From: Callorhinchus milii
Taxonomy: Eukaryota
DNA: 64,000 bases
Assembly: GCF_018977255.1 (NCBI RefSeq)
Contig: NW_024704743.1
Location: 9,798,001-9,862,000, forward strand
Direction: 5' to 3'
The first letter of the stretch is position 1, and each line of letters starts with the position of its first letter. The notes under the pieces were generated by a model that saw only the letters and a program-made list of their open reading frames with translations, had not been told where the DNA came from and did not search any database. Of this stretch, positions 1 through 12,874 are shown piece after piece. The position numbers were made by a program, and so were the translations under genes.

Positions 1-77
1 AAGCTATTCCTTATTTATTTAAGGAAGCATCATCTTCGTGGCAAACCTTTTCTCATTTTGGTCCTCGTTTCTTGTAC

Positions 78-563
78 AGCTCTGGTTTGGTTGCTTGTAT
101 TCTCACCCCTGAGTCAAAAGGTTGAAGGTTCAAGCCTCAAGTTGGAACTTTGTATTCATACAGTCTAGGCTTGTGCTCCAATGCAGTGCTGTGTGTGTCA
201 GAGTGGCATTGTCAGAGGTGCCATCGTTTGGATGAGATGTTAAACCGAGGTCCTGTTAGCCTGTTCAGGTGGATGTTAAAGATCCCAAGGCACTATTCAA
301 AATGAGAAGGTAGTGTCCTGGCCAAAAATCTCCCGAAATAAAGTTAGTCATTCATTTCATGACTGTTTATTAGACATTATTGTGTGCAAATTTGATGCTG
401 TGTTGGCCTACAACAGGGTGATCCAATCTTTAGCTGCTGAGGGCCGAATGAAATCAGCTTGCAGGCTGGATGTCGACCACCATGGTCTACAAAATAATGG
501 TCACTACACATTAAACTGCTTTGAAACTTCTTCCTGATGTGAAAGGTGTTGTATCAAATATAA
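78..563 (+). mobile_element. Old long Deu-type SINE (resembles SacSINE1/AmnSINE1 architecture)
   Basis: CTGAGTCAAAAGGTTGAAGGTTCAAG head, GGATGAGATGTTAAACCGAGGTCC..CAGGTGGATGTTAAAGATCCC body and L2-like tail. The family name is from recalled similarity. Confidence 0.75.
414..484. mobile_element. 71-bp hAT-type MITE inside a Deu SINE
   Basis: 8-bp TSD GCCTACAA (406-413) / GTCTACAA (485-492); imperfect TIRs CAGGGTGATCCA versus CATGGTGGTCGA. Confidence 0.65.
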
Positions 564-564
564 T

Positions 565-888
565 GGCGTCCTGTAGCTCAGTGGTTAGAGCACTCGCTTT
601 GCAAGTGAGAGACCTGAGTTCAATTCCAGGCAGAGGGCGAAACCCTGGGCAAGTTTCCTTACTCCAGACGCCTAATAATAATCCCTCCAAAAAAACCAAA
701 AACAATAATTAAATTGGTCATTTTCAATCTACGACTGTTTGTGGGACATTGCTGTGCGCAATTGGCTGCCGCGTTCGCCCACAAATATACAGTCAATTCA
801 CTTTACAATGTGTTCTGTAAAGCGCTTTGGGACATCCTCCTGACGTGAAAAGCGCTATATCAAATGCAAGGATTATTATTATTATTAT
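565..888 (+). mobile_element. Young tRNA-Ala-derived SINE, short subfamily
   Basis: A box TAGCTCAGTGG, anticodon arm CTCGC-TTTGCAA-GTGAG, B box GAGTTCAATTCC, L2-like 3' stem-loop and (ATT)n tail; inserted in the tail of an older SINE. Confidence 0.93.
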
Positions 889-2090
889 AAGGACAAACAA
901 TATTGTGAATTTCAATAAATTACAGGAAGGGTACACTTGTGTGTGATGCTGCCCTGAAAAAATGACATGAAATACTGGTTCATCATCACCACAGTTTGAC
1001 TTTTCAAACTTATTTTGTTGCAAATTCAGCAGCTGTGTTTGCTTTGCTGCGAATTTGCATTTTCTAAAAACATCCACACCTATTTTCTCTTACATTTACA
1101 GTTTACAGCACAGAGGAAGGCCATTTTACTTTAATTGTCCTCCCGATGTGAAAGATGCTATATAAAGGCAATTTGTTGTTGTTGAATAATTATTGTTTGC
1201 CTACAAAAAATATATTTGTTACACTTGACAACAATCACCTCTGAAGTGTTTGGAGACGTTTTGATGTTAATGGCGCTGTAACAAATGATTATTATGGTGA
1301 TGTGGTGCCCTTGTGCTTGCTTTGACAACAATTGCCAATTTTGTGCCTAGACCTCCCAAGGATGGATGGTGTGGGAATTGGAAATGTCATGTCCATGCAG
1401 AAGAGGCACTTTTCTGTGGTTGAGTTTCAGATATGTTATTTGGGCAGATTGGTTTTAATCCTTTGTCACCCTCCAGCTTTGTCACCTGCCCTCTTCACCC
1501 GACAGCACTACCTCATCCAAAGGACGGCACCTCTGACAATGCAGAGTATCAGACCAGACATGAGGTCAAGTTCACCTTGTTGAGTCCTGAGATGTTTGTT
1601 TGAGATGTATTACCTGCTGGAGTAGCATTTTTTGAAAGCTACGGCAGGCGCTGTGCAGGGCAGCGTAAATATTTCTTTGCTATTTTTAATTTTTAGAATA
1701 AAGTAAAATTAAGCACCAGAGAGTAAGTTACTCAATATTTTTACTGTTGTACTCTCCTCTGTTTACCAACTCAGTAAATTGGCTTTCAAGGCAGTTTTCC
1801 AAAGGACCCACGCTACTTTATGTTGGTGAAACACTAACCCAGTTGAGGTGTAGTAAGCCCTACCTGTTGCTCCAAGCATACAATATACCCAATAATAAAG
1901 AACAACAACCTGCATTTCTGTAGCGCTCTTCACCCAGGGTAGCAGCTCAGTGGTGAGGTTGGATGCTGAGCAAGCGAGAAGGGGGACCAAAACCTGAAAG
2001 AGGTAGTTCCTCTTTCAAGTCAAAGATGTAATTTAGCGTACTAACTTTGAATAAATTCAATCGTTTAAAAAAACATAAGCATTAGTTATA

Positions 2091-2263
2091 CAGTAAACTC
2101 CTGATAACTTGTCACTCCAAAGGAAAAGGGCTCAGTGGTGAGTTACCCAAAGTGGCGAGTTAGGTGTATGGATAAATACATCAATAAATGTAGCAAGGAT
2201 ACTGACATCATGATGATTTAAGTAGTAGTGGCAAGTTAAGACAAGTTGGTTATCAGTTTACTG
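2091..2263. mobile_element. 173-bp Tigger/pogo-like (Tc1/mariner) MITE
   Basis: TA on both sides; TIR CAGTAAACT(CCT)GATAAC; subterminal AACTTGTCACT / AGTGGCAAGTT. Confidence 0.75.
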
Positions 2264-3019
2264 TAGTTACCATTTATATATTGATTTTCTGCCGTTTATT
2301 TTGTGAGTTCATATCACTGGAGGAGCTGATCACTTGAGTTCCAGGCAGAGCGGGTGGTCACACAATGGACTAGTTCTTAAGCTGCCCTGAATGTGAATCC
2401 GTAACTCGGAGCTCACAGAAAAATGGTCAATGAGAGCATGTCAGCTTGGGTGGTGTATAGCTCTGGGAGTTGAACCTTTGACCATAAGTTTTACTCAATT
2501 CACAAATGGATCTCCTTGAATGTGCTGAGACTAGTGCTATCTTGATTGAGATCTCCCAATCAGGTAAGGCTGTTTGGTCTTGTACGTGAATAATGGCCAC
2601 TTGTGTGATGTGCTGATGGGCTTCCAGTGCCCTTGGACCAGGAACTCAGTAGAAGGATAATGAAGTCTGATAATGAAATTGTGCCTTCAGAGAAGGAGAA
2701 CATGGGGAGAGAATTTTTACAGATAAATTATTGGAGAAAGAAAAAGTGGTTTTATGCCTCAAAAAGTTATTTATTAACCACATATAAAGCCATTCGACCC
2801 AACTAATCCATAACCTAATCCTTTATGAGCCTTCCCCTGCTCTCATCTCCCTCTATTCCCTTCTCCCTCATGCATACAACTCATGAGACTTTTTGACCCT
2901 GGTCCCCCTTGTAGAAATGCACTAACACTATCACTTTCAAAAAGAACATTTTTTTAAAATCCCTGTCAGGTTCTTCTAGTCAGAGTAACTGAACATAAGA
3001 CCCTGATAGAAAAAATGTG

Positions 3020-3138
3020 TAAGACTATGGGGAAAGAGCGGGGGAGTGGGACTAATTGAATAGCTGTTTCAAAGAGCCGGCACAGGCATGATGGGCTGAA
3101 TGGCCTCCTTTTGTGCTGTAGGATTCTATGATTTTATG
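3020..3138 (+). mobile_element. CR1 3'-end fragment
   Basis: TATGGGGAAAGAGCGGGG..GGGCTGAATGGCCTCCTT..(ATTCTATG) tail; related copy at 35240-35442. Confidence 0.8.
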
Positions 3139-6100
3139 AGGATGTCTACATGGCTGATCTTACATTTTTCTAAAGCTTAGGAAGGAAACCAGTCCACCTG
3201 CTCAGTGTTAGCATCCAAAGCAATTGTTCTTATTAACTTGAAGGTGAAGGAATTCATTGGCATGTGATGGCTATGTAACACCAATGTATAACAGTACGGA
3301 GAGTCAATAAAGGACCTGCTGAGTTTCTGGAGAGTTTTATAACCTCAGAAACCTTACTCTTTCTAGGATGTTCCAACTTGTAAACTGGGACAAAATAGAA
3401 GCCATTTTTTAAGCGCCTTATTAGATTAAAAGACTTCAAAATGCTTTGCATGGAATTACAGGCAAACGTGGCAGCCAGCCAGCTTTGAGGTGAATAACTG
3501 ACTATTTATCTGGTGGATTGTTGGCCTGGCCAGCAAGAGACGATTTCTTCTCAAGTAGTGGGGCTCTTTAACGTCCAACTAAAAAGAGCAAGCAGATGGA
3601 ACCTTGGTTCAGCCTTTCATCTGACAATGCAGTGCTTTGCAGCATCAGCCTTGAGTGTCAGCCTGGACTATCAACTCAAAATCCTGATCTGGGGCATGAG
3701 CCCACACCTTTCTGACCAAGAGATGGGATTGCTCCGATGTGAGACATCCTGAAGAGTGTTCCAAGGGTATTATTCTGCAGTGCATGATTATTCACCACTT
3801 GGTATGTTATGTAGAAGACTAATAAACAGTCATTGACTGAATTATACTGTGGCATTCTCTTTAATTAATAGGGGAAATTGGTGTGTGACGGACTTCATAA
3901 GTGATCTCCTTATCATCTTTTGGTATAAGTGCTATATCTATTGGTCATCTTTCCATTTGCTGACTACATAAATGATAAGGTATTAGTAAGGATAATGGGT
4001 TTAAAAGGCCAAAGTTACAATGGCATCAGTGTAAAATTAAAGGAATGTATTTTGCATACTCTGATGGAATTTGCAGATTGCCAGCCAGGGTCTCAACTCG
4101 TTATGAATTGCATGGCCAAATAGCGGGACCTGGCTTTGCAAGTTCTGTTAGCTTTGAAATGAATGCCTTTTATGCTCATAAAATGCAGCATTAGAAAAAC
4201 AGCAGGATCATGGAGAGTATGATAACTGTTACAAGTATGTTCTTTTTGGAAGCAGGGAAGACTATTCATCACTGAAAAGAGCACTTCACACACACACATA
4301 CACTCACACACAAATGAGAGACGTGAAAGGACAAGTTAATGGCGCTTACTTTTTTACTGTGTTCTTTTATCTTATCCTGTTGCTACAACTATTTCACTGA
4401 TCGGTCAACAACAATTTGCGTTTGTAAAGTGCCCTTCATGTAGATTGCCATCTCTGAGTGTTTCACAACGATGGGGGTCGGATGCTGAGGATGAGTAATG
4501 TGAAACTGCCGTGAGATCTTGTCTGACTAATGGAAGTAATTATTGTTTCCACATTGAGATCGCTTGTGATGGTTTGTGAGGAGAGGCCCCTTTGTTCCGA
4601 TGAAAGAAATTCTCATTGCCATGGTTGGAGATACTTGTGCAAGGAGACAGAATGTGAATTTAAACAGGATGTTGCCAGTGTATGTTGTTTATTGCAGCAA
4701 TATAGAATAAACTCCAAATCTTTATTTAAGCGTTGGATTAACCACAAGGTTGGTTCACTTGTGCTGCACCAAATGTTACGTGAATCTTTGAGTTATATTT
4801 CCTTTCCCCTTTTCCGTTTCATTTAAATTTGTTGGGAGATGAAATTTGGCTTAACAGCTTTGACATCTGGTTACATCTCTTTCAACGTGTTTCAAATTAC
4901 AGGGGTGGCTTATTAAGCCATTAACCATGTCAATGGGTTCGCTTGAACTGTGAAAAGCAGCCAGCAGTTGTTATATTCAGTGCATTCCTGCCTTTGAAAA
5001 TGAAGAGCTCTAACAGAGAGCTGGCATAGACACCCTGTGTTCATTGGCCTTCTTCAGCACTGACAGAATTTGCTCCTCCAAATTTAAGGTTGTATCTGGA
5101 GAGAGGGTTGCATTTGATATAGTGTCTATAATCTCGATCCTCTCGCTTCTGTGATGTGTAGTGACTGTATTTGTTGGCAAACCCAGCAGCCAATTTGGAT
5201 ACAGCAATGCAATGTCAATTTGCATACAACAAAGTATATAAGCAGTGTCAGCAAGGTATATTGTGTGTTTCAGATTGGCTTAGTTCGTAGTACTCTTGCT
5301 TCGGAGTCAGAGGATTGTGGGTCCAAGACCCATATTTTGAACTCACAGCCTTGACTGGCACTCCAATACAGTGTTGGAGCACAGCATTGTTGGAGGTGCA
5401 GTTTTTTGGATGAGGCATTGAACTGAGCTCCTGTCTACCTGTTCAGGTGGATGTAAAAGATTCCATAGCATTATTCGAACCAGTGTGATTCATTATTTTC
5501 TCCCAAACAAATGAGAAAACAATCTTTCCCCTTCCCCTGTTCCCAAAGGCCTGGGGTTTTCTTTGCATGTTACTCAGGACTGCTTTACACCTCCTATCTT
5601 TGGGGCTAACTTTGTTGCATGCTAGCACTAACTAAGTTTGCTTTCAGTAAGTACAATGGAAAATTCCCCTTAATGCAACCTGCGTTTTAACACTGTGTCT
5701 CACAGTGTGTGGCAGCACCAGTATTGTGCCAGAACTTGTGTTGCCAGCTCTGATTTGGAGGCAAAACAATTATGGCACAGCCCAGCATGCTTCTAATGTT
5801 ACAGAGACTTGGGCAGGTTGGCACCTTCCTAAAGTTTTGATTGGCTAGAATTAGATAACTCCATTCAAGTTGGAAATGATTTACATTTTAGGATGCATTT
5901 TACCATTCAAAGCATTTCACAATTGATTTTGGTCCAGTGCAGTGACTGTTTTTAATCATTGCTTTGCTCCTCTCAATAACAAGCCAACCCAACTGTTGTA
6001 CCTACTAGTTCTCTCTTATTGTAAGGCCAGTTGAGATCACCCTTAGCAAATGTCTATCTGTCAGAATAAGGGTTAATTTGTCAGAACAAGAGGTCAAGTG

Positions 6101-6174
6101 TATTTTATTTGCTGACAAAACACTCAGGTGCTAGCTATAGTAAAATCCTGGAAAGCGCTTTGAGACGTCCTCTT

Positions 6175-6498
6175 AATAATAATAATAATAATCCTTGCAT
6201 TTGATATAGCGCCTTTCACGTCGGGAGGACGTCCCAAACCGCTTCACAGAATATACTGTAAAGTGAATTGACTGTATATTCATGGGCGAACACGGCAGCC
6301 AATTGCGCACAGCAATGTCCCACAAACAGTCGTAGATTGAAAATGAACGATTTATTATTGTTTTTTGTTTTTGGAGGGATTATTATTAGGCTCTGTGTGG
6401 AGTAAGGAAACTTGCCCAAGGTTTCGCCCTCTGCCTGGAATTGAACCCAGATGTCTCGCTTGCAAAGCGAATGCTCTAACCACTGAGCTACAGGACTC
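6175..6498 (-). mobile_element. Young tRNA-Ala SINE, short subfamily
   Basis: Full length and near-identical to 13121-13433; nested in an older SINE tail. Confidence 0.93.
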
Positions 6499-6754
6499 TT
6501 GATGTGAAAGGCATTATTAAATACAAGGATTATTTATTTTTAATAAATTATTTAAAACTTATTAATTCTTCGAGGGTTGCTGCAAACATTCTGTGTTGAA
6601 AATGAAAATATTTACCCCCTCAAGAAGTATGTCTTTTGGATTCTGTGTGATCTTGTTTCCACTCTCTACTGTAATACTCCAAGTACAAATGTGTACAATA
6701 TTACTGCAATGGTGTTTTGATGGAAAATATGCAATCGCAAACTGTGAATGACAT

Positions 6755-7062
6755 TAATAATAATAATAATCCTTGCATTTGATATAGACCTTTTCACGTC
6801 TTCTAAATGTCTCAAAGCGCTTCACAGAATATACCATAAAGTGAATTGACTGTATTTTTTGTGGGCGAAACGTGGCAGCCAATTGTGCACAGCAGTGTCC
6901 CACAAACTGTCGTGGATTGAAGTGACCAATTTATTATATTTTTTTCTTGAGGGATTATTATCAGGCGTGTGGAGTAAGAAAACGTGCCCAAGGTTTCGTC
7001 TTGCCAGGAATCAAACCCAGGTCTCTTGCTTGCGAGGCGAGTGCTGTGAGCTACAGGACTCC
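6755..7062 (-). mobile_element. tRNA-Ala SINE, short subfamily
   Basis: Same head, body and (ATT)n tail, more diverged. Confidence 0.9.
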
Positions 7063-7391
7063 ATATATTGGGCCCAGAATGAATGTTGAGTACTGAGCGA
7101 TCTCTTAGGCTTTATTTTCTCCCTCTTTCCCCTTTCTTCTGCAAATGATATGTGATTCCAGTTTCCTTTTCCTTTCCTTCTGCCTGGCTGTAGTCCAGGG
7201 GTGCCCAGGTGACCATTATTCATGTGTGGGCCTTGAGAGTAGAAATGTTAGGAGGCTATTGAACCACTGTGGATGATCGTTGCTGAGCCTCATCCTGTCT
7301 ACGAGTCTGTGATTTTCCTGTCTCTGTCATGTAGTGCTGAACCACACTGTATTTGTTTCACTAAACCGTTAGTACATTTTTAAAACACAGA

Positions 7392-7527
7392 GGGATTAGG
7401 GGATATGGGGATAGGGCAGGTAATTAGAGTTAGGTCTGAAGATCAGCCATGATCTTATTGAATGGTGGGGCAGGCTCGAGGGGCTGAATGGCCTACTCCT
7501 GCTCCTAATTTTTATGTTCTTATGTTC
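7392..7527 (+). mobile_element. CR1 3'-end fragment
   Basis: Matches the 3' UTR of the CR1 at 46590-46730 (AAGATCAGCCATGATCTT..GGGGCTGAATGGCCTACTCCTGCTCCTAATT). Confidence 0.85.
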
Positions 7528-8194
7528 TAAATCGGAGCAGATTTTGCCACGTATAGTAATAGACAAATGCAGCCGTGTGATCAGTCTTTCCAGTGTAATT
7601 GGGGATGAGGGCTGCGTTTCCACAGTAGCACTGAAATGATTTGTCGGCATGCCTCTGTATTTTGCAGAGTGAGTACTATTAAGAATCCTAATAAAGTAAG
7701 GAATGAGAAAAGGCAATTTGGCCATTGAAGCTGAGTCTCTCATTAGATGATGTACAATCTGTCTATTAGTAAGCCGTGTGGCAGAATTGCTTCCCTCAGG
7801 AAATAAAATAACCACAGGTAAAATGTCTAAGAAGAGAGAGGGCTCTGAAATTCTTTCGTTCTTTTACAGTAATTCAGCAAAACTCCAGTATTATATAACC
7901 TTCATTATTCAACCCTGACCAATCACTCTACACTGATGATATTTTCATGCTCTTTCCAGCACAGAATCTGTTGTGTTCTGTATAGTATTTGACCAACTCA
8001 GTCTACATTTACCCGTGCGACTTTCAATCCCATTCATAAACAGACTTTTGTTTTTGAAAGGACTTAATGATCATAGTATTTTGCTACTTTTTCTTTCACA
8101 CAAAACATTTTAATTTTTAAAATAAATATTGGGTCAGTCTTGTAGAACGTTTGATATTCCCTCGCTATCTCTTCTCCTGAGGCATCTTTTCCAC

Positions 8195-8450
8195 AGGAGC
8201 TCCACCTTTTGGAACTCCATCCTACATTCCCTTCGTCTCGCTTCCTCCCTTGCCTTCCAGAGGCATGTCTCAAGACCCTCCTCTTCGACCGTGCCTTCAG
8301 CTACCCTCCTACCCTCTCGGCCCTTCACCCAGCCTGATCCCAACTCCCCCTGCTCGGGCCAAATCTCTGACCGTCCAGCACCTTGGGACATCTTCCCGAA
8401 GTGAAAGGCGCTTTACAAATGTAATTTTGTTGTTGTTGTTTGTTGTTGTT
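8195..8450 (+). mobile_element. L2 3'-end fragment
   Basis: TGGAACTCCATCC..CTCAAGACC..CAGCACCTTGGGACATC..GAAAGGCGCT with a (TTG)n tail. Confidence 0.85.
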
Positions 8451-8451
8451 G

Positions 8452-8700
8452 GTGAACCTAAAATTAGAGGGCATAAATATAGGATAGCCAGTGGAGAATT
8501 TAGGAGGAACTTCTCCATGCAGAGGGTGATGAGAATGTGGAACTCACTGCTGGAAACTGTGGTTGAAGCAAAAAAAAATCAGCATATTTAAGAGGAACTG
8601 AGGAAGAAGAGAACAGGAGAGATGGGGGCTCTTGTTTAAAAAAAAGTTGTCGACTAGTTGGGCTGAATGGCCTGTTTCTGTGCTGTATTCTATGCAATCT
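8452..8700 (+). mobile_element. CR1 3' fragment
   Basis: RGHKYRI..RRNFSMQRVMRMWNSL followed by the GGGCTGAATGGCCTG tail. Confidence 0.8.
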
Positions 8701-8974
8701 TGTCCAGCTGGCCACGTCACAGACCTCACGTGAATGTTGACAACCTATTCAACCATCACAACCAATCCTGTCCTCAGTTGACGTTGATACCCTTTAAGAG
8801 TGGCTTTTTGGGCAATGTTAGGAGCAAGAACCTTAAATGATTGTCTCCTCTAATTGAGAGGCTCTGAGGCCAGTTATAGAATCTAACTCGGGATATAACA
8901 GGATTTAATTATTTAATAATTCAGAATCCATGACCCTGTGTCTTTATTCATTATCTCATGTACATAGCTTGCAA

Positions 8975-9205
8975 TGCAATTTACACTTGTATAACGCTTT
9001 TCACTTTGGGAGGACGCCCCAAATACGTGCTTGACATTGTTGGCTGGGCACCGGAGCTGGGGGTGGGAGGCGCAGGGATAGGGAGGGGAAAGATGACAGA
9101 AAGCGCAGCCAAAGAAGTATGTTTTGAGATGGGCCTTGAATGAGGGCAGGGAGGCATTCCGGGATGGAGTTCCAGAAAGTGGGGGCAGAATGGCTGAAAA
9201 CCTCA
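8975..9205 (-). mobile_element. L2 3'-end fragment
   Basis: FSHSAPTFWNSIP and FKAHLKTYFF plus a stem-loop remnant. Confidence 0.8.
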
Positions 9206-12200
9206 AGTATCACTGTGGGAAGTGATTTTTTTCTCTAATCCTTTGCCTCACTTGAGGCTGAGTAATTGAGCTCGTAAGCTACATTTCTGAACTTCACATA
9301 ATCATTTAGAAAAAATCTGGATCATGTCCCCTCCCTCCACACTTTATATTTTTGTTGTTATCAAAATCAGTTCAGAACTTCAGTCTTTCATCATAACTTT
9401 GAGCCTAACTCGTTCTCATTACTTTTCTGAGTGTCTTCAAAGACCATTTTGAAGCTAGGTTGCCAAGAACACACAAAGTCCTTTAAATGTATCCTCACCA
9501 TCTGAGTCGTATATACTGTAATTAATAGAACCTGTATAAAACAATATGGTCTGAGCATTATAATTATAATACTTTTATTTGATTTTGCGCTTTTCACATT
9601 TGATGGACATCTCTATATACTTTAAAGTGTATTTTGTGGGTGAACACAGCAGCTAATTTCTGCACAGCAATGTCCCACAAATAACGATGATCAATTTTAT
9701 TTAAGGCACTTTTGGCCAGAACCCCAGGAGATACAAGATCCTATCATAGGATTTGCCTCAATGACAATGCACTGATACGAGTTGCCTGGAAAATCTGACC
9801 AGTATTTGCTGGTACCCTGGGGTTGTGGAATTCACATGACAGCTAACCATGTCAGGTGAATGAACAGTGTCAACATTACATATTCGTAATGTAAAAGTGT
9901 GAACTGCTGTAGAAAATTTTTGATAAATTTCTGATTCCACGTTTCTGGCAGAGAAATTCTAGGCTTGCATGTATCCACATAAATCGTAGGAACAAAGAGC
10001 TTCAATCCAGCCTTTTGGCATGATGAGTATAGATTTAACTTGAGAAGGGAGCAATTTGTCCTGTTATACAATTGTTCTGTCTATTGTGCTGAAAGTGCTG
10101 TCTTTCTGGTAAACTCTTCTGAGAATATCAGTTTAATGTCATAATCGTGTGTTTGTGCAGCCAGTGCCATCTGGTTACATCTGGGACAAGTGGTTACTTT
10201 TTAGCACAGTGAAATCCTTTAATGATCATCTCATGACAGGCTTTCACTGTCGATAGTGTTACTTTGTTAAGAACACACTGAATGTTGTGAACATAAGTAC
10301 AATAAATCATTGGCAAACTTCAAGCAACAATAGTCATCAGCTGAGTCAGAAGCTTATGGTGTTTTAAGCTCCACATCGGGATGGGCGCAGACTGTAATTG
10401 ACTTTTTGGAAGGAGCCGAATGACCTTTTTATCAACTTGCTTTGAGTTTGATGAAATGGAACTGTAGCCGGTGTCTGAAAATATTCTTTTGGGAGGGGTT
10501 TGGTGAGGCTGAGCAAAACTCAGTTAAAGGATCAAGGACCAGTCTCCTCTAAGACGGGCAAACTGTTGGCTTGACTAACACGTCCCTTGTTAGACAGAGC
10601 TGAGGATGCTCCGATGAACTGGAGGTGGGTGGGCACCGCCCCCGAGTTGCGAAGAGGAAGCCTGTGGGTTAGGACTCCTCAGAGGATTGGCTGTGGTCCT
10701 CCTCAGGCTTTGAGGCTTTCCCTTCCCTTAAAGAAGTGAGCTGTTGATAGGTTTTGGTGGGTGGGGGGTGGGGGGGGGTGGGGGAGTCCTTGCCACCCAC
10801 CACCTATGGAGAAAGCACCACTTTTGTGAATTGTGAAGCTGACATTGCACATGTAAGATACTTGTGATTCTCCAATCCCATTAGAATCATAGAAATTTAC
10901 AGCACAGAAAGAGAATTAGCAAGTCTGCAACCTTACTCTCAGAGGCTGTCTGTCCATTCAATCCCACTGATCTCACACTACTTCAATCCTTCTTCTTACA
11001 TGTATTTACCTGCAGCTTGACCCCCACAATTGGCTTTCGTCTACCACCTTCCTGGCTCAAACTTACTCCTTTATCTGCTTCTTTGAATTACAGGTTTGAC
11101 CCCAAATTAACTTCATATTTAATTTGGTGGGTGGGGGTAGAGGAAAATTGCAAAGGTGAGATGTTGAATGTGGAGTTGGATCTAAATTGTGTGAAGCATA
11201 GTGAATCCAGTTCTTTTTTGTTCCCCCACAAAGACTCAGTGATGCGCTAAAATAACTGGCTTTGATACCAACTGGCCGTAACTGGCTCAGTGTGGTACTT
11301 TCCAAACACAGAGATTGAGCCAAACAAGCTCCAGTCACCAACTTAATGTTCATCTCATGACCATTTAACTACGTAATGATGTGTATTTGAAAGAATGTGT
11401 TTTTCTCTCAATTTTATGTCTGGAGGCAACACTTTAATCTGTTTAATCTGTGTGTCACATTCCACTGTTCATTGAAACGTTGGGCTCTGAACTTACTTTT
11501 ACTAGGTGGTAACATCATTATTAGTATTACAGGAGTGTTCTTGCATCATGTTGCTTGGTGAGTGAAATCAATTGTTGTCTATGGAGAAGCGTTGGGCTGG
11601 GAGTCAGTTTCTATGGGTGTGCCTTAGAGACCAGGACCAGTATTCATACTTTTACAAATTATCTAGAGGCATGGTATCATATCAAATGCTTCTAAGTTTG
11701 CAGATTATACAAAAAAATTGGGAGTAGTGTTAAATGATACCGAATGTTAAACACATATCCAGGTAAATCTGGGGAAGCCACGCTGTGTAGGAAGAAAGGT
11801 GGAAGATGCAGTTTAACAATGAGAGATATAACGCTTCAAAAAATGGCAGAGGAAGGGTGATGTTGAACATGTCCTAAATGGAAACTTGCTTGAGGTATCA
11901 GAACGGGAAATAAATCTTTTTTATTTTGGTAGATGTCACTGCACAACCATTGATGCCATTTTCCTATTTTTAAGAAATGGTAGTATGTTTAATTGTAAAG
12001 TAGAAGTTGATAGAGATGATTTTAAAATTTGGTGCTTGAGTCAGCAAATAACTGAGTAACCAGTTCTGCCAGTACTTGTTTGTGCAGATTGCATAGATGT
12101 GTATATATAATGTATAGCACGGAATCAGGCCATTCAGACCAACTTGTCCATGCCGGTGTTTATATTCCTCATGAGTCTCTACCCACACCTTATTCCCCCT

Positions 12201-12874
12201 ATTCTCTTCACCTGAATGTGTATATCTACGTTGCTTCTTTCAGCAATTAAAAAACAGATTTGTACATAGCTCTGAACTTGTAATTGATCAATGCTTGTTG
12301 GTGTTTAGTGATTGACAGTTTGGGGCAATGTTGCTGAAGGGTTCCGAAATGTTTTTGTGATCTCTTGCCCCTCATTTCCAGTATCTAGTTAAATTCTGTA
12401 ACCATGCTAGAATTAGACCTGCCCTTTCCTCTCAGCCTGCATCAATGCAGTGAAACTTTCCATTTTCAGGCTGAACTATCACAATTTTCACAAACAGCAT
12501 AAAATCCAACACTCCTCACAAGTGGTGGTAACAGAGATAATCACCTCATTATTATATCTCTTTCAGCCATTCAAGCAATACTCAATTGCCAAACACGTAA
12601 TGTAATTCCATTCGCTGCAAATTGATAGTACATGTAATACCAGGTGTTAATGGTTACTATGACACTTGTGTTCTATTTTGGGCACTTTGTAGGGTCAAAT
12701 CGTGAGATTCCCCAAAGTGAATCTAAGATGTATTGGATCCAAGCCCATGATACTGAGCAGAGCTCCAGAGGGTTAGTGGCTTATATGATCCTATTGTTTC
12801 AATGCAGCTTATCATTACTATATAAATAAGTTAAGCATTGAATACTGCGGTTTATCAGATATTAAACAGAACAA

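Noticed and set aside
565..640. tRNA-Ala(TGC) gene
   Set aside because: The acceptor stem is not formed and the sequence continues into a repeated SINE body; these are SINE heads.
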